DNA of 64,000 nt from Escherichia phage BEU50. Of this stretch, positions 17,173-26,419 are shown one piece after another. The first letter of the stretch is position 1, and each line of letters opens with the position of its first letter. The notes under the pieces are model-generated. The model did not search any database. It was not told the origin of the DNA and saw only the letters and a list, made by a program, of their open reading frames with translations. Location of the stretch: sequence record OM632671.1; one strand, given 5' to 3'. The position numbers were made by a program, and so were the translations under genes.

Positions 17173-18132
17173 ATGGCTTTTATTACACGTAGAGAACTTA
17201 TCAAAGAATTTACCTCGAACGCATATACTCCAGGACCTAATCCTATCCGTATGCCTGTAAAGACTCCTGAAGAGATTGAGGAAATCTGTTCATATTATGG
17301 GATTACTTCTCGTAAGTTTACTCAATTTGAATGCGTTACTAACACACCCGTTAAAGAGTTCATTAAAAATGGTGAGTTCAGCCGTTTATTAGCCAAACAG
17401 AAACTTCGTAATTTTTGTATTGGTGGTGAAGGACAATATTTCGCTAAGCAGTTCCGGAATAACCTTAACAATCTGATGGCCATTGCTTCTCGTATTCGTC
17501 CTCAAGCAATTAACATGAAACATTTGAAATATACTTACGATAAGTTAGAAATCATGGTTATCGGTGAGAACGAGTTCACTCTTACGTATAAACCTAAGAA
17601 TGATAACGTTGCTCGTGTATTCCACCAAGCGTTGGAAGTTTTAGGTGATAATATCCACCAGATTAAAGCAATTTATTCTCGTGAGCTTAATATTATCGAC
17701 CCTATCAAGAATAAGGGCCATATCGCTATCCAGGCTCGTGTATCTATTGGTAAAAAGGTTCCTGCGCCATGGTGGCACAAAGACTCTGAATACTATCAAA
17801 ATCTTAAAAAGGAAAATGCATTGTTTGAAGCATCGCTTACTGGGACCCCAATTGAACAGGCCGAAGTCCTAAGTGCTTATTCTACTTCGGGTAAATCAAT
17901 GTTTAAAGGTTTGCCAAATGTGTGCAAACTGTCTGCAGTAAAACTAAATGTTTCTAATGACCTTCTTCCGGCCGAAGATTACCGTTACAATCAAATCAAG
18001 GCCACTATGGACCAACTGTCTGTTGAACTTGACAAAGCACAAGCTAAGCTTCGTGATGCTCAAAGTGTTGTAACGAATCTCCAGTTGCAGTATTCTAAAC
18101 TTTTTAACGCAATGAATGCATTAAAATCATAA
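17173..18132 (+). CDS. hypothetical protein with C-terminal coiled coil (319 aa)
   Basis: Own promoter and SD. Confidence 0.55.
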   Translation: MAFITRRELIKEFTSNAYTPGPNPIRMPVKTPEEIEEICSYYGITSRKFTQFECVTNTPVKEFIKNGEFSRLLAKQKLRNFCIGGEGQYFAKQFRNNLNNLMAIASRIRPQAINMKHLKYTYDKLEIMVIGENEFTLTYKPKNDNVARVFHQALEVLGDNIHQIKAIYSRELNIIDPIKNKGHIAIQARVSIGKKVPAPWWHKDSEYYQNLKKENALFEASLTGTPIEQAEVLSAYSTSGKSMFKGLPNVCKLSAVKLNVSNDLLPAEDYRYNQIKATMDQLSVELDKAQAKLRDAQSVVTNLQLQYSKLFNAMNALKS

Positions 18133-18136
18133 AATA

Positions 18137-18166
18137 GTTTACAACCAAGGATGGTTGGAGTATAAT
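18137..18166 (+). promoter_or_regulatory. early promoter, CAACCAAGGATGGTTGG subfamily
   Basis: GTTTAC 18137-18142, TATAAT 18161-18166. Confidence 0.55.
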
Positions 18167-18194
18167 GAATCTATCTTAACGAGAGGAAAATATT

Positions 18195-19145
18195 ATGACA
18201 CGTTCACATTACATTGAATACTTTGCAGGTCTTATCGCTAACGTTCATGCCCAACGTGCTTCTGGTTCATTAGGATTTGATGTTCCACACCGAGATGTAG
18301 TAAGTGGTATTCTTCGAGATTTTGGTACATACATAGGCCAAGAAAATCATATCTGTAAAGATACTCAAAATGCGTATTCTCATTCGTTAGGGACGTTGCT
18401 TCAATGGTTCAAACGTTCTCGTTTATTATCTTCTACTGTAGCTCGCGATAACATTAAAAACTTTATGAAGCCGAGCTTTATTAAATCTGTGACATCTAAA
18501 ACCGATTTGGTTGAATTCACTATTGTTAATGATGTTAAAAAGACTCATTTGGCTGATTGGTTAACTACCATTCCTGAAACTAAATTTGCTGATAAATTTG
18601 CTTGTGAATTCAATAACCAAGTGAATATGCTTTTTAAACATTCTCGTAAATTATTCACAGGCGGCGATGATCGTACAAATAAAGTTCATGCTAAAGATTG
18701 GGTTACTGCAGTGTTCAAACCAACCGGTAATGGTACCGCATCATTATCAATTGATATTCAGGTTCCTTATTATTACTCACGTAATCTCGGCACCATGAAA
18801 GCTGAAGAAATTAAGAAGCACAATAAAACCATTCGTTCGCTGTCTTATAAACTTCGCATGATGTTAAGAATCATGGACGTGGTAGAAATGTATGATGAAA
18901 CCGAAGATAATGGTTCAATGTTATACAGTTCTCGCATTCAAATTAAGTTGAAGAACCCTAACGAGTATAAGCCTAAGCCTATTAAAGAGCCTAAAGCAGA
19001 AAAAGTTGATAACTTAAGAGAAGAACGCGAATATCTCAAATCTCGTCTGAAAGAAGTCGAAGCCCAGATTGCAGAACAAACTAAATCATTAAAAGCTCTG
19101 AATGCAAAAGCGGATGGTTTACGAAATGCCATTGAGGTTTTATAA
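18195..19145 (+). CDS. hypothetical protein with C-terminal coiled coil (316 aa)
   Basis: Own promoter and SD. Confidence 0.55.
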   Translation: MTRSHYIEYFAGLIANVHAQRASGSLGFDVPHRDVVSGILRDFGTYIGQENHICKDTQNAYSHSLGTLLQWFKRSRLLSSTVARDNIKNFMKPSFIKSVTSKTDLVEFTIVNDVKKTHLADWLTTIPETKFADKFACEFNNQVNMLFKHSRKLFTGGDDRTNKVHAKDWVTAVFKPTGNGTASLSIDIQVPYYYSRNLGTMKAEEIKKHNKTIRSLSYKLRMMLRIMDVVEMYDETEDNGSMLYSSRIQIKLKNPNEYKPKPIKEPKAEKVDNLREEREYLKSRLKEVEAQIAEQTKSLKALNAKADGLRNAIEVL

Positions 19146-19450
19146 TGAAACTACGTCTTTTAGAGGATATTGATATGAGCACTAATCATGACTTGGTTAA
19201 GTTTATTGACGATAGTTCAAAGATTGAATTTGTTCAGCGAGATAAAATCCACGGTGAAGAAGAGTTCGTTCCTCCGGCATGGAACGAAATCATGAAAATG
19301 GTTGAACGACGTGAAAATGCTGCCAAATCGGCAGCAAAACATCCATGTCCGGAATGTGGAACTATCCAAGTCCAACTGGTTAACTGGACCACTGATAACT
19401 TGAAATTGAAATGCCGTAAATGCTTCCACAAATTTGAGAGAACATTATAA
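19145..19450 (+). CDS. zinc-ribbon protein (101 aa)
   Basis: CPECG...CRKC motif. Confidence 0.5.
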   Translation: MKLRLLEDIDMSTNHDLVKFIDDSSKIEFVQRDKIHGEEEFVPPAWNEIMKMVERRENAAKSAAKHPCPECGTIQVQLVNWTTDNLKLKCRKCFHKFERTL

Positions 19451-19863
19451 TGAGATATAGCCTTCGTTGTTTTATTGCAGCTTTAGTTTTTGCCATCATT
19501 CCATTCATTTGGAACAGCCAGAATACTTACATGGAAACTAAAGTAATTCCTGTGGAGGTAGTGGAATTAATTTCAGGTCAATCTACAGGAAAATATTCTA
19601 AATTAGAATTTATTGCCGTCTATAAAGATGAGCAAGGACGAGTTTTTGACAGGCGTGTATCACCGTCGTTTTATACGCTTCTGAATAAAGGTGATACGAT
19701 AGCTATAGAAATTCGTGAGATGGATATCAAACAAACTACTAAAGATAACCTGATTTGGTTCTTTGGTACAGTGTTGATGTTCTCTATCGGTATCACAGGT
19801 TTTATTACATGTATTGTATTTGGTGTTGCATATTTAATCGATGAAAGGAAAAATAATGTTTAA
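19450..19863 (+). CDS. hypothetical membrane protein (137 aa)
   Basis: N- and C-terminal hydrophobic helices. Confidence 0.5.
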   Translation: MRYSLRCFIAALVFAIIPFIWNSQNTYMETKVIPVEVVELISGQSTGKYSKLEFIAVYKDEQGRVFDRRVSPSFYTLLNKGDTIAIEIREMDIKQTTKDNLIWFFGTVLMFSIGITGFITCIVFGVAYLIDERKNNV

Positions 19864-20119
19864 AGTGTACGGGTATGACTCTACTATTCACCGTTGTGTT
19901 TTCTGTGATAATGCGAAAAGATTGCTGACTGTTAAGAAACAGCCATTCGAATTCATTAATGTTATGCCAGAAAAAGGTGTGTTCGATGATGAGAAAATTG
20001 CTGAGCTTCTGGTTAAGCTTGGTCGTGAATCACAAGTCGGATTGACTATGCCTCAAGTGTTTGCTCCTGACGGAAGTCACATTGGTGGATTTGACCAACT
20101 GCGAGAATATTTTAAATGA
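19856..20119 (+). CDS. nrdC: glutaredoxin/thioredoxin NrdC
   Basis: MFKVYGYDS..CVFCDNAKRLL matches T4 NrdC; start moved to ATG 19856. Confidence 0.9.
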   Translation: MFKVYGYDSTIHRCVFCDNAKRLLTVKKQPFEFINVMPEKGVFDDEKIAELLVKLGRESQVGLTMPQVFAPDGSHIGGFDQLREYFK

Positions 20120-20451
20120 ACAATATTGATTTCGCCAAAGCATATAAATTTGTAGCAACTCTTCTCGGCCCTGACGCTCCTACTAAGCTTGAAGTTTTAA
20201 ATTTGATTCCGACTTCATTGGTTCGAGATGCTGAAATATGGACATGGGACGACCCAGCTGTTTGTGAAGACCTGTACATTCTGATGAATGACATGATGGT
20301 TAAAAAGCCTGAAACAATGGTTACTATTACTGTTGAAGAATATAATCGCCTACAAGCCATCGAAGAGCTTCTGTGGAATGTTGAATCTGATTTGCCGTCC
20401 GGACTAGAATCCTGGATTGATTATGAAGAGCTCGATAAGCTCCGCGGTTAA
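20116..20451 (+). CDS. hypothetical protein (111 aa)
   Basis: ATGA overlap with nrdC. Confidence 0.5.
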   Translation: MNNIDFAKAYKFVATLLGPDAPTKLEVLNLIPTSLVRDAEIWTWDDPAVCEDLYILMNDMMVKKPETMVTITVEEYNRLQAIEELLWNVESDLPSGLESWIDYEELDKLRG

Positions 20452-20579
20452 ACCGTGGTATTCGGCTCGATGGGAGACAGTCGAGCCAGACGTCGAAACA
20501 GTTTACAACGACGAAGAAACGTGTTATGATGAACCTTCAATAAATGAATTAATTAATATGGAAATGGGAAGAGATTATT

Positions 20580-20750
20580 ATGCAAGTTAAATTATTGTAC
20601 CGTTTATTAAAAAATGGCAAGCATGATTGGTATTTGCTTATTAAAACCGATCCGAATTTTTTCTCCGGACAACCATTTACAGTTCGTCCTACTAAACGTC
20701 AGCTTCGCAAAGCTAAACGTTCTCATCGTAACTTTTATAACGTTTACTAA
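20580..20750 (+). CDS. small basic protein (56 aa)
   Basis: Below ORF-track cutoff; Lys/Arg-rich. Confidence 0.3.
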   Translation: MQVKLLYRLLKNGKHDWYLLIKTDPNFFSGQPFTVRPTKRQLRKAKRSHRNFYNVY

Positions 20751-20759
20751 ATAATAAAT

Positions 20760-20787
20760 ACCCTTATCTATTTAAGGTAAGGGTTTT
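20760..20787 (+). promoter_or_regulatory. hairpin immediately 5' of the gene 49 start
   Basis: ACCCTTA...TAAGGGT stem followed by TTTT and ATG 20791. Confidence 0.4.
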
Positions 20788-20790
20788 ATC

Positions 20791-21262
20791 ATGTTATTAT
20801 CAGGCAAAATATAAAGAAGAAAAACAAAAATTTTATGATGCACAGAATGGTAAGTGTCCTATTTGCCACCGTGAATTAGACCCTGATGTTCAAGGTAACC
20901 ATCTTGACCACGACCACGAATTAAACGGGCCAAAAGCCGGTAGAGTTCGTGGATTACTCTGTAATCTGTGCAACGCAGCAGAAGGTCAAATGAAGCATAA
21001 GTTCAACCGTTCCGGTCTTAAAGGACGTGATGTTGACTACCTCGAATGGCTTGAAGCTCTTCTTGCTTATTTGAAACAAGATTATTCTTATAATAATATC
21101 CATCCTAATTTTGTTCCAGACAAAACTAAAGAGTTCTCAAGACTAGGTAAAGAGGAAATGATGGCTGAGATGCTTCAAAGAGGATTTGAATATAATGAAT
21201 CTGACACCAAAACACAGTTAATAGCTTCATTTAAGAAGCAACTTAGAAAGAGTTTAAAATGA
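20791..21262 (+). pseudogene. 49: endonuclease VII (gene 49) homologue with disrupted 5' reading frame
   Basis: ATG 20791 gives MLLSGKI then TAA at 20812; the homologous frame (YKEEKQKFYDAQNGKC...HLDHDHELNG...) runs 20807..21262 with no ATG before 20990. Confidence 0.6.
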
Positions 21263-23076
21263 CAATTGAAAAAGAAATTGAAGGATTGATTCATAAAACT
21301 AATAAAGACCTTTTAAACGAGAATGCTAATAAAGATTCTCGTGTTTTTCCAACTCAACGGGACCTTATGGCTGGTATTGTGTCTAAACACATTGCCAAAA
21401 ATATGGTCCCGTCTTTTATTATGAAAGCGCATGAAAGCGGAATTATCCATTTCCACGATATTGATTATTCCCCTGCTCTTCCATTTACTAATTGCTGTTT
21501 AGTAGATTTAAAAGGAATGCTTGAGAACGGGTTTAAGCTCGGTAATGCACAGATTGAAACTCCTAAATCAATCGGTGTTGCTACTGCAATTATGGCACAA
21601 ATTACTGCACAAGTTGCTTCACACCAGTATGGCGGAACGACTTTTGCTAATGTAGATAAAGTACTTTCTCCTTATGTTAAACGCACCTATGCAAAACATA
21701 TTGAGGATGCAGAAAAATGGCAAATCGCTGATGCGTTGAATTATGCTCAATCCAAAACAGAAAAAGATGTCTATGACGCATTCCAAGCTTATGAATATGA
21801 AGTAAACACTCTCTTTAGTTCAAACGGACAAACGCCTTTTGTAACAATTACATTTGGTACGGGAACTGACTGGACTGAACGAATGATTCAGAAAGCAATT
21901 CTGAAAAATCGTATTAAAGGTCTTGGTCGTGATGGGATAACTCCTATTTTCCCTAAGCTTGTTATGTTCATTGAAGAAGGTGTTAATCTTTATAAAGACG
22001 ATCCGAACTATGATATTAAGCAGCTTGCGTTAGAATGTGCAAGCAAAAGAATGTATCCTGACATTATTTCGGTTAAGAATAATAAAGCTATTACCGGTTC
22101 ATCTGTTCCTGTTTCTCCAATGGGTTGCCGTAGTTTCTTGAGTGTATGGAAAGATTCAACCGGTAATGAAATTCTTGATGGTCGCAATAATCTTGGTGTT
22201 GTAACATTGAATCTTCCTCGCATCGCGTTAGATTCTTATATTGGAACGCAATTTAACGAACAGAAATTTGTTGAATTATTCAATGAACGAATGGATTTAT
22301 GTTTTGAAGCTTTGATGTGTAGAATTAGTTCCTTAAAAGGAGTTAAAGCGACTGTTGCTCCTATTCTTTACCAAGAAGGTGCATTCGGGGTTCGTCTTAA
22401 ACCTGATGACGATATAATTGAGTTATTTAAAAATGGTAGAAGTTCAGTGTCCCTAGGATACATTGGTATTCACGAATTGAATATTCTTGTCGGTCGTGAT
22501 ATTGGACAAGAAATTTTAACTAAAATGAATGCTCATCTTAAACAGTGGACTGAAAGAACTGGATTTGCTTTTAGTTTATATTCGACTCCTGCTGAAAACC
22601 TTTGTTATCGCTTCTGTAAACTTGATACAGAAAAATATGGAAGTGTAAAAGATGTTACCGATAAAGGCTGGTACACTAACAGTTTCCACGTTTCAGTAGA
22701 AGAAAATATTACTCCGTTTGAAAAGATTTCTCGTGAAGCGCCATATCATTTCATTGCGACAGGTGGTCACATTTCTTATGTTGAACTTCCTGATATGAAA
22801 AATAACTTAAAGGGTCTTGAGGCCGTATGGGATTATGCTGCACAACATTTAGATTATTTTGGTGTTAATATGCCAGTAGATAAATGTTTTACATGCGGAA
22901 GTACCCATGAAATGACTCCTACTGAAAACGGATTTGTTTGTTCTATTTGTGGAGAAACTGATCCTAAAAAGATGAATACCATAAGAAGAACATGCGGCTA
23001 TCTTGGAACTCCTAGCGTTGTTCCATGGAATTTAGGTAAAATGAAAGAAATGGTAAAACGAGTAAAACATGCATAG
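21259..23076 (+). CDS. nrdD: anaerobic ribonucleoside-triphosphate reductase
   Basis: 605 aa; C-terminal Zn-ribbon cysteines and glycyl-radical motif RRTCGYLG. Confidence 0.95.
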   Translation: MTIEKEIEGLIHKTNKDLLNENANKDSRVFPTQRDLMAGIVSKHIAKNMVPSFIMKAHESGIIHFHDIDYSPALPFTNCCLVDLKGMLENGFKLGNAQIETPKSIGVATAIMAQITAQVASHQYGGTTFANVDKVLSPYVKRTYAKHIEDAEKWQIADALNYAQSKTEKDVYDAFQAYEYEVNTLFSSNGQTPFVTITFGTGTDWTERMIQKAILKNRIKGLGRDGITPIFPKLVMFIEEGVNLYKDDPNYDIKQLALECASKRMYPDIISVKNNKAITGSSVPVSPMGCRSFLSVWKDSTGNEILDGRNNLGVVTLNLPRIALDSYIGTQFNEQKFVELFNERMDLCFEALMCRISSLKGVKATVAPILYQEGAFGVRLKPDDDIIELFKNGRSSVSLGYIGIHELNILVGRDIGQEILTKMNAHLKQWTERTGFAFSLYSTPAENLCYRFCKLDTEKYGSVKDVTDKGWYTNSFHVSVEENITPFEKISREAPYHFIATGGHISYVELPDMKNNLKGLEAVWDYAAQHLDYFGVNMPVDKCFTCGSTHEMTPTENGFVCSICGETDPKKMNTIRRTCGYLGTPSVVPWNLGKMKEMVKRVKHA

Positions 23077-23088
23077 GGTTAAACACCA

Positions 23089-23721
23089 ATGAATTATGAC
23101 AGAATCTATTCAAATCTAGTTAATTCTGCTGAACACCCATCTAAGCCCCGTCAAACTAAAGCCGGGTATGAACTTCATCATATAATTCCAAGAAGCATGG
23201 GTGGTCCAGATGATTTAGACAACTTAGTATTTTTAACTTATAAGGCCCACTATACTGCTCACCATTTATTGGCTAAAATATATGGTGGAAAGATGTATGA
23301 TGCATATTGGATAATGAGTAATAGTAAGCATAGAAAAGTTACTTCTTCACAATACGCGTATGCAAAAGCTAAGAAATTTGAAAATCAGCGTGGCGCAAAA
23401 AGAAGCGATAAAACTAAGAAGCTAATGAGCATAGCTAGGTCTAAAGTAACTCTTCCTGATGATTTTGGAAAAAGGATATCTGATGGGCTAACAGGAAGAA
23501 CTTTGTCTACTAGTCATAAAGAGCATATCAAAAATAGTTCTAGAAATCGCTTTAACACCAAAACGGTTATTGGCTATTCACCAGACGGAAATACAATAGA
23601 ACTAACTGGAGCAACTGAAATAAGAAATGCAGGATTTTTTCATTCTGCTGTTTATAAATGTTGCAAAGGAATTCAATCTATTCATAAGGGATATACTTGG
23701 AAATATAAAGATGAATTATGA
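23089..23721 (+). CDS. HNH homing endonuclease
   Basis: MNYDRIY N-terminus; HHIIPRSMGGPDDLDNLVFLTYKAH motif; lies between nrdD and nrdG. Confidence 0.8.
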   Translation: MNYDRIYSNLVNSAEHPSKPRQTKAGYELHHIIPRSMGGPDDLDNLVFLTYKAHYTAHHLLAKIYGGKMYDAYWIMSNSKHRKVTSSQYAYAKAKKFENQRGAKRSDKTKKLMSIARSKVTLPDDFGKRISDGLTGRTLSTSHKEHIKNSSRNRFNTKTVIGYSPDGNTIELTGATEIRNAGFFHSAVYKCCKGIQSIHKGYTWKYKDEL

Positions 23722-24181
23722 TAGAATATACCCGTGCTGCTTTGTTAATGGTCCTGGATGCAGGGTCGTTCTCTTCGTCACTGGATGTTTGCATAAATGC
23801 GAAGGTTGTTATAATCGTAGTACTTGGAATGCTCGTAACGGACAGTTATTCACTATGAATACCGTTAAAGAACTTGCGTCCCATTTAAGCAAATCGTATA
23901 TCCAAGGCCTTACCTTAACCGGTGGTGACCCACTTTATCCACAGAACCGAGAAGAGATTTCAAATTTAGTTTCTTGGGTTAAAGCAAGATTTCCGGAGAA
24001 AGATATCTGGTTGTGGACAGGATATAAGTTTGAAGATATTAAACAGCTAGAAATGCTTAAATATGTTGATGTTATTATTGATGGGAAGTATGAGAAAAAT
24101 CTTCCGACTAAAAAGCTGTGGCGAGGATCAGATAATCAGCGACTTTGGTCAAATACCGATGGGGTGTGGAAACATGATTAA
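23711..24181 (+). CDS. nrdG: anaerobic ribonucleotide reductase activating protein (radical SAM)
   Basis: MNYDRIYPCCFVNGPGCR and CLHKCEGC (CxxxCxxC); ORF-track start 23627 is an upstream extension. Confidence 0.9.
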   Translation: MNYDRIYPCCFVNGPGCRVVLFVTGCLHKCEGCYNRSTWNARNGQLFTMNTVKELASHLSKSYIQGLTLTGGDPLYPQNREEISNLVSWVKARFPEKDIWLWTGYKFEDIKQLEMLKYVDVIIDGKYEKNLPTKKLWRGSDNQRLWSNTDGVWKHD

Positions 24182-24291
24182 ATTGAATTACATTATGGAT
24201 ACTATAAATGATATGATTTTTCGTTTTGGTCCAGAATTTTATTCGCAATATAGTTTAGTGCTTATCAATGCTTAGTTAATTAAGGGTAAAT

Positions 24292-24504
24292 ATGTATAAA
24301 TTTCGTAAAGGTTTAGCTGATTTTCTTACAACTGTAACATTCTTTTTGTTTATGGCAGTTGGAGCTATTTTTCTTATTCCTTTTACTGCTGTATTTTTCG
24401 TGATTAGTTTAATTTCTCCGGAAAAGGGTTTATCCTCCAGCGAATTCAATGAACGTTTGGACAAAATTACTAATAAACTGAATTCTGTTCTTGGCAAGGA
24501 ATAA
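24292..24504 (+). CDS. small membrane protein (70 aa)
   Basis: Two hydrophobic helices. Confidence 0.45.
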   Translation: MYKFRKGLADFLTTVTFFLFMAVGAIFLIPFTAVFFVISLISPEKGLSSSEFNERLDKITNKLNSVLGKE

Positions 24505-24506
24505 TT

Positions 24507-24815
24507 GTGGAACACAACAAGATTGAAATTTATGGCATCCCTGAAGAAGTAGGACGTTGTCCAGGATGTTATACTGTTACAAAACTTTTAAAGGAGCTCA
24601 ATGCTCCTTATACATTTTATAAAGTCCTCACTAATAATGGTAAGATTGAATATGACCGTCCTTTAATCGTATCTCTTGCTAAACGTGCAGGATTCACTTC
24701 ACTTAATATTCGTTATCCTGTCATATTTTTAAATGATAAGAAACAAAAGAATATTGCAGAGTTTAAAAAGTCCTTGATTTCATTAGGATATGACTCTGAT
24801 ATCATAGAAGATTGA
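24507..24815 (+). CDS. nrdH: glutaredoxin-like NrdH
   Basis: CPGC redox motif; GTG start; adjacent to nrdG. Confidence 0.75.
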   Translation: MEHNKIEIYGIPEEVGRCPGCYTVTKLLKELNAPYTFYKVLTNNGKIEYDRPLIVSLAKRAGFTSLNIRYPVIFLNDKKQKNIAEFKKSLISLGYDSDIIED

Positions 24816-24838
24816 CCAGGTGCCGCCTGGTCTTCTTT
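24814..24838 (+). terminator. rho-independent terminator
   Basis: GACCAGG-tgccg-CCTGGTC followed by T-rich tract. Confidence 0.55.
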
Positions 24839-24923
24839 ATCTCATTTCTAATATAATCCATTGGAATCTTCACTTCACTATCTCCTTGTGCCCCTCTCAA
24901 ATCGAAAATATTTTCATAAAACA

Positions 24924-24952
24924 GTTTACATCCTCAATAGACGTGTTAAGAT
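24924..24952 (+). promoter_or_regulatory. early promoter
   Basis: GTTTAC 24924-24929. Confidence 0.4.
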
Positions 24953-24980
24953 TAAACCATCTACTATAGAGGAAAATAAA

Positions 24981-25163
24981 ATGACAATTGAAGATAAAGA
25001 AATTAAGGTTGACCAGTACTATTCTGTCAACGGTAATGCAGTACAGATAACCAGAGTTTCAAGCCTGGATGTTTGGTACCGTTTAATCAAATATCCAGAA
25101 ATTGGCGAAATGCTTTGTGACCGTGGTATCTTCTGTTCAATTGCGAAGGAAATTAAGCCATGA
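24981..25163 (+). CDS. hypothetical protein (60 aa)
   Basis: ATG after GAGGAAAA; ORF-track start 24861 is TTG. Confidence 0.35.
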   Translation: MTIEDKEIKVDQYYSVNGNAVQITRVSSLDVWYRLIKYPEIGEMLCDRGIFCSIAKEIKP

Positions 25164-25408
25164 TTAGTTTAGATTCAAAGAAAGTTGTTCTAACCCTTAA
25201 AGTTAATGACGAGCGACCGGTATTCGTTACCATTTCCGATTTGCATGTTGAAATTGCTAATGGCGTTCGTACTTATCAAGCAAATAAAACTCAATGGGAT
25301 TATATCCCGATGTTGACGCTTACTCAGCGTTTAGAAGCAATTGGCCTTAAAGACCTTTCAGTAAGTGAAGTGAATTTTATCAAACGCATTGTATCAATCA
25401 ACCTCTGA
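25160..25408 (+). CDS. hypothetical protein (82 aa)
   Basis: ATGA overlap. Confidence 0.45.
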   Translation: MISLDSKKVVLTLKVNDERPVFVTISDLHVEIANGVRTYQANKTQWDYIPMLTLTQRLEAIGLKDLSVSEVNFIKRIVSINL

Positions 25409-25415
25409 GGTACTT

Positions 25416-25709
25416 ATGGGTAAAACATATCGTCGTAAAGATTTGAAAGTTCGCGATTACGACTATTTTGGTAAGCGTAAAGCTCCTGATGGTGTTAGCC
25501 ACAAAGACATGGTTGAAAACATTTTCCGCTCAGATAAATGGAAACGTATGAAAGGCGTTGATTCTGAAGTCAAGAATGAAATGAATCGACAACTCCGCAA
25601 AGAAGTTCGTAAGTTGAAAAAAGATGTTTACAGTAAAGAAGAGTATGATTATAATACTTCTCATACTGAAGCCAAACGTAAAGCTAACGAATGTTATCGT
25701 TACAGTTGA
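25416..25709 (+). CDS. hypothetical basic protein (97 aa)
   Basis: ATG after TGAGG; Lys/Arg-rich. Confidence 0.45.
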   Translation: MGKTYRRKDLKVRDYDYFGKRKAPDGVSHKDMVENIFRSDKWKRMKGVDSEVKNEMNRQLRKEVRKLKKDVYSKEEYDYNTSHTEAKRKANECYRYS

Positions 25710-25848
25710 GGAAATTATGAATATCAAACGCTGGCTTTTTAAGCAAGGGTTCTACACTTTAAATGCTACTCCAAAAGGCGATACAACTAAGTGGTCAGTA
25801 ACTGACTGGATTAAATTTATTGATGAAAATGGCAATTGGGAAATTTAA

Positions 25849-26049
25849 ATGAATCCTGAATCTATGTTATCTCAAAAACTTCGTGAAGAACGTGCCGAAT
25901 TCTTTGCCAATATGAAACTCAACGGTGTTGAGGATGAAGACTTCTTACGCTGGTTCTGGATTTACAAATACAAAGAATGCCAGCACGCTGTACTACTGAC
26001 TTGTGCAGTTATGTACGAAGGCTGGAAAGGCGCTAAAAAGTTCGGTTAA
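25849..26049 (+). CDS. hypothetical protein (66 aa)
   Basis: ORF track. Confidence 0.4.
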   Translation: MNPESMLSQKLREERAEFFANMKLNGVEDEDFLRWFWIYKYKECQHAVLLTCAVMYEGWKGAKKFG

Positions 26050-26058
26050 TAATGTACA

Positions 26059-26093
26059 ACGATAGGAAGACATGTTATTATCTTTCCTATCGT
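26059..26093 (+). promoter_or_regulatory. promoter-like element inside an 11-bp imperfect inverted repeat
   Basis: ACGATAGGAAGA...TCTTTCCTATCGT flanking CATGTTATTA. Confidence 0.4.
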
Positions 26094-26113
26094 CTTAAAA
26101 TGAGGAAAATATC

Positions 26114-26353
26114 GTGGCCCAAGAATTAGATTTTATCAAATTCAAAAAACACCTCGACGTTAAAATTGGGGATTCAATTGTTAGGATTGAGTATGACATT
26201 TTAACAGATGCTATTACTGTTAGTTGTGATGGAAATAGTTTCAGCTTCGATACAACCGAAAACAAGTACCCAATCTATAAAGGCATCTTTGATATGGGTG
26301 TTGATATTACTCCACGTGATACAAATTACTTACTTTTCATGCTTAAAAAATAG
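26114..26353 (+). CDS. hypothetical protein (79 aa)
   Basis: GTG start after GAGGAAAA. Confidence 0.45.
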   Translation: MAQELDFIKFKKHLDVKIGDSIVRIEYDILTDAITVSCDGNSFSFDTTENKYPIYKGIFDMGVDITPRDTNYLLFMLKK

Positions 26354-26382
26354 TATACAAACTCTTGAGAGATGAGTATAAT
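26354..26382 (+). promoter_or_regulatory. early promoter, copy B of a duplicated cassette
   Basis: GTATAC..TATAAT 26377-26382; inverted repeat GAGAGA/TCTCTC. Confidence 0.5.
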
Positions 26383-26401
26383 TCTCTCGTTGGATAATAA
26401 A
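26356..26401 (+). repeat. 46-bp promoter-leader cassette, copy B
   Basis: Near-identical to 192..237. Confidence 0.6.
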
Positions 26402-26419
26402 ATAACCGAGGAAAATAAT

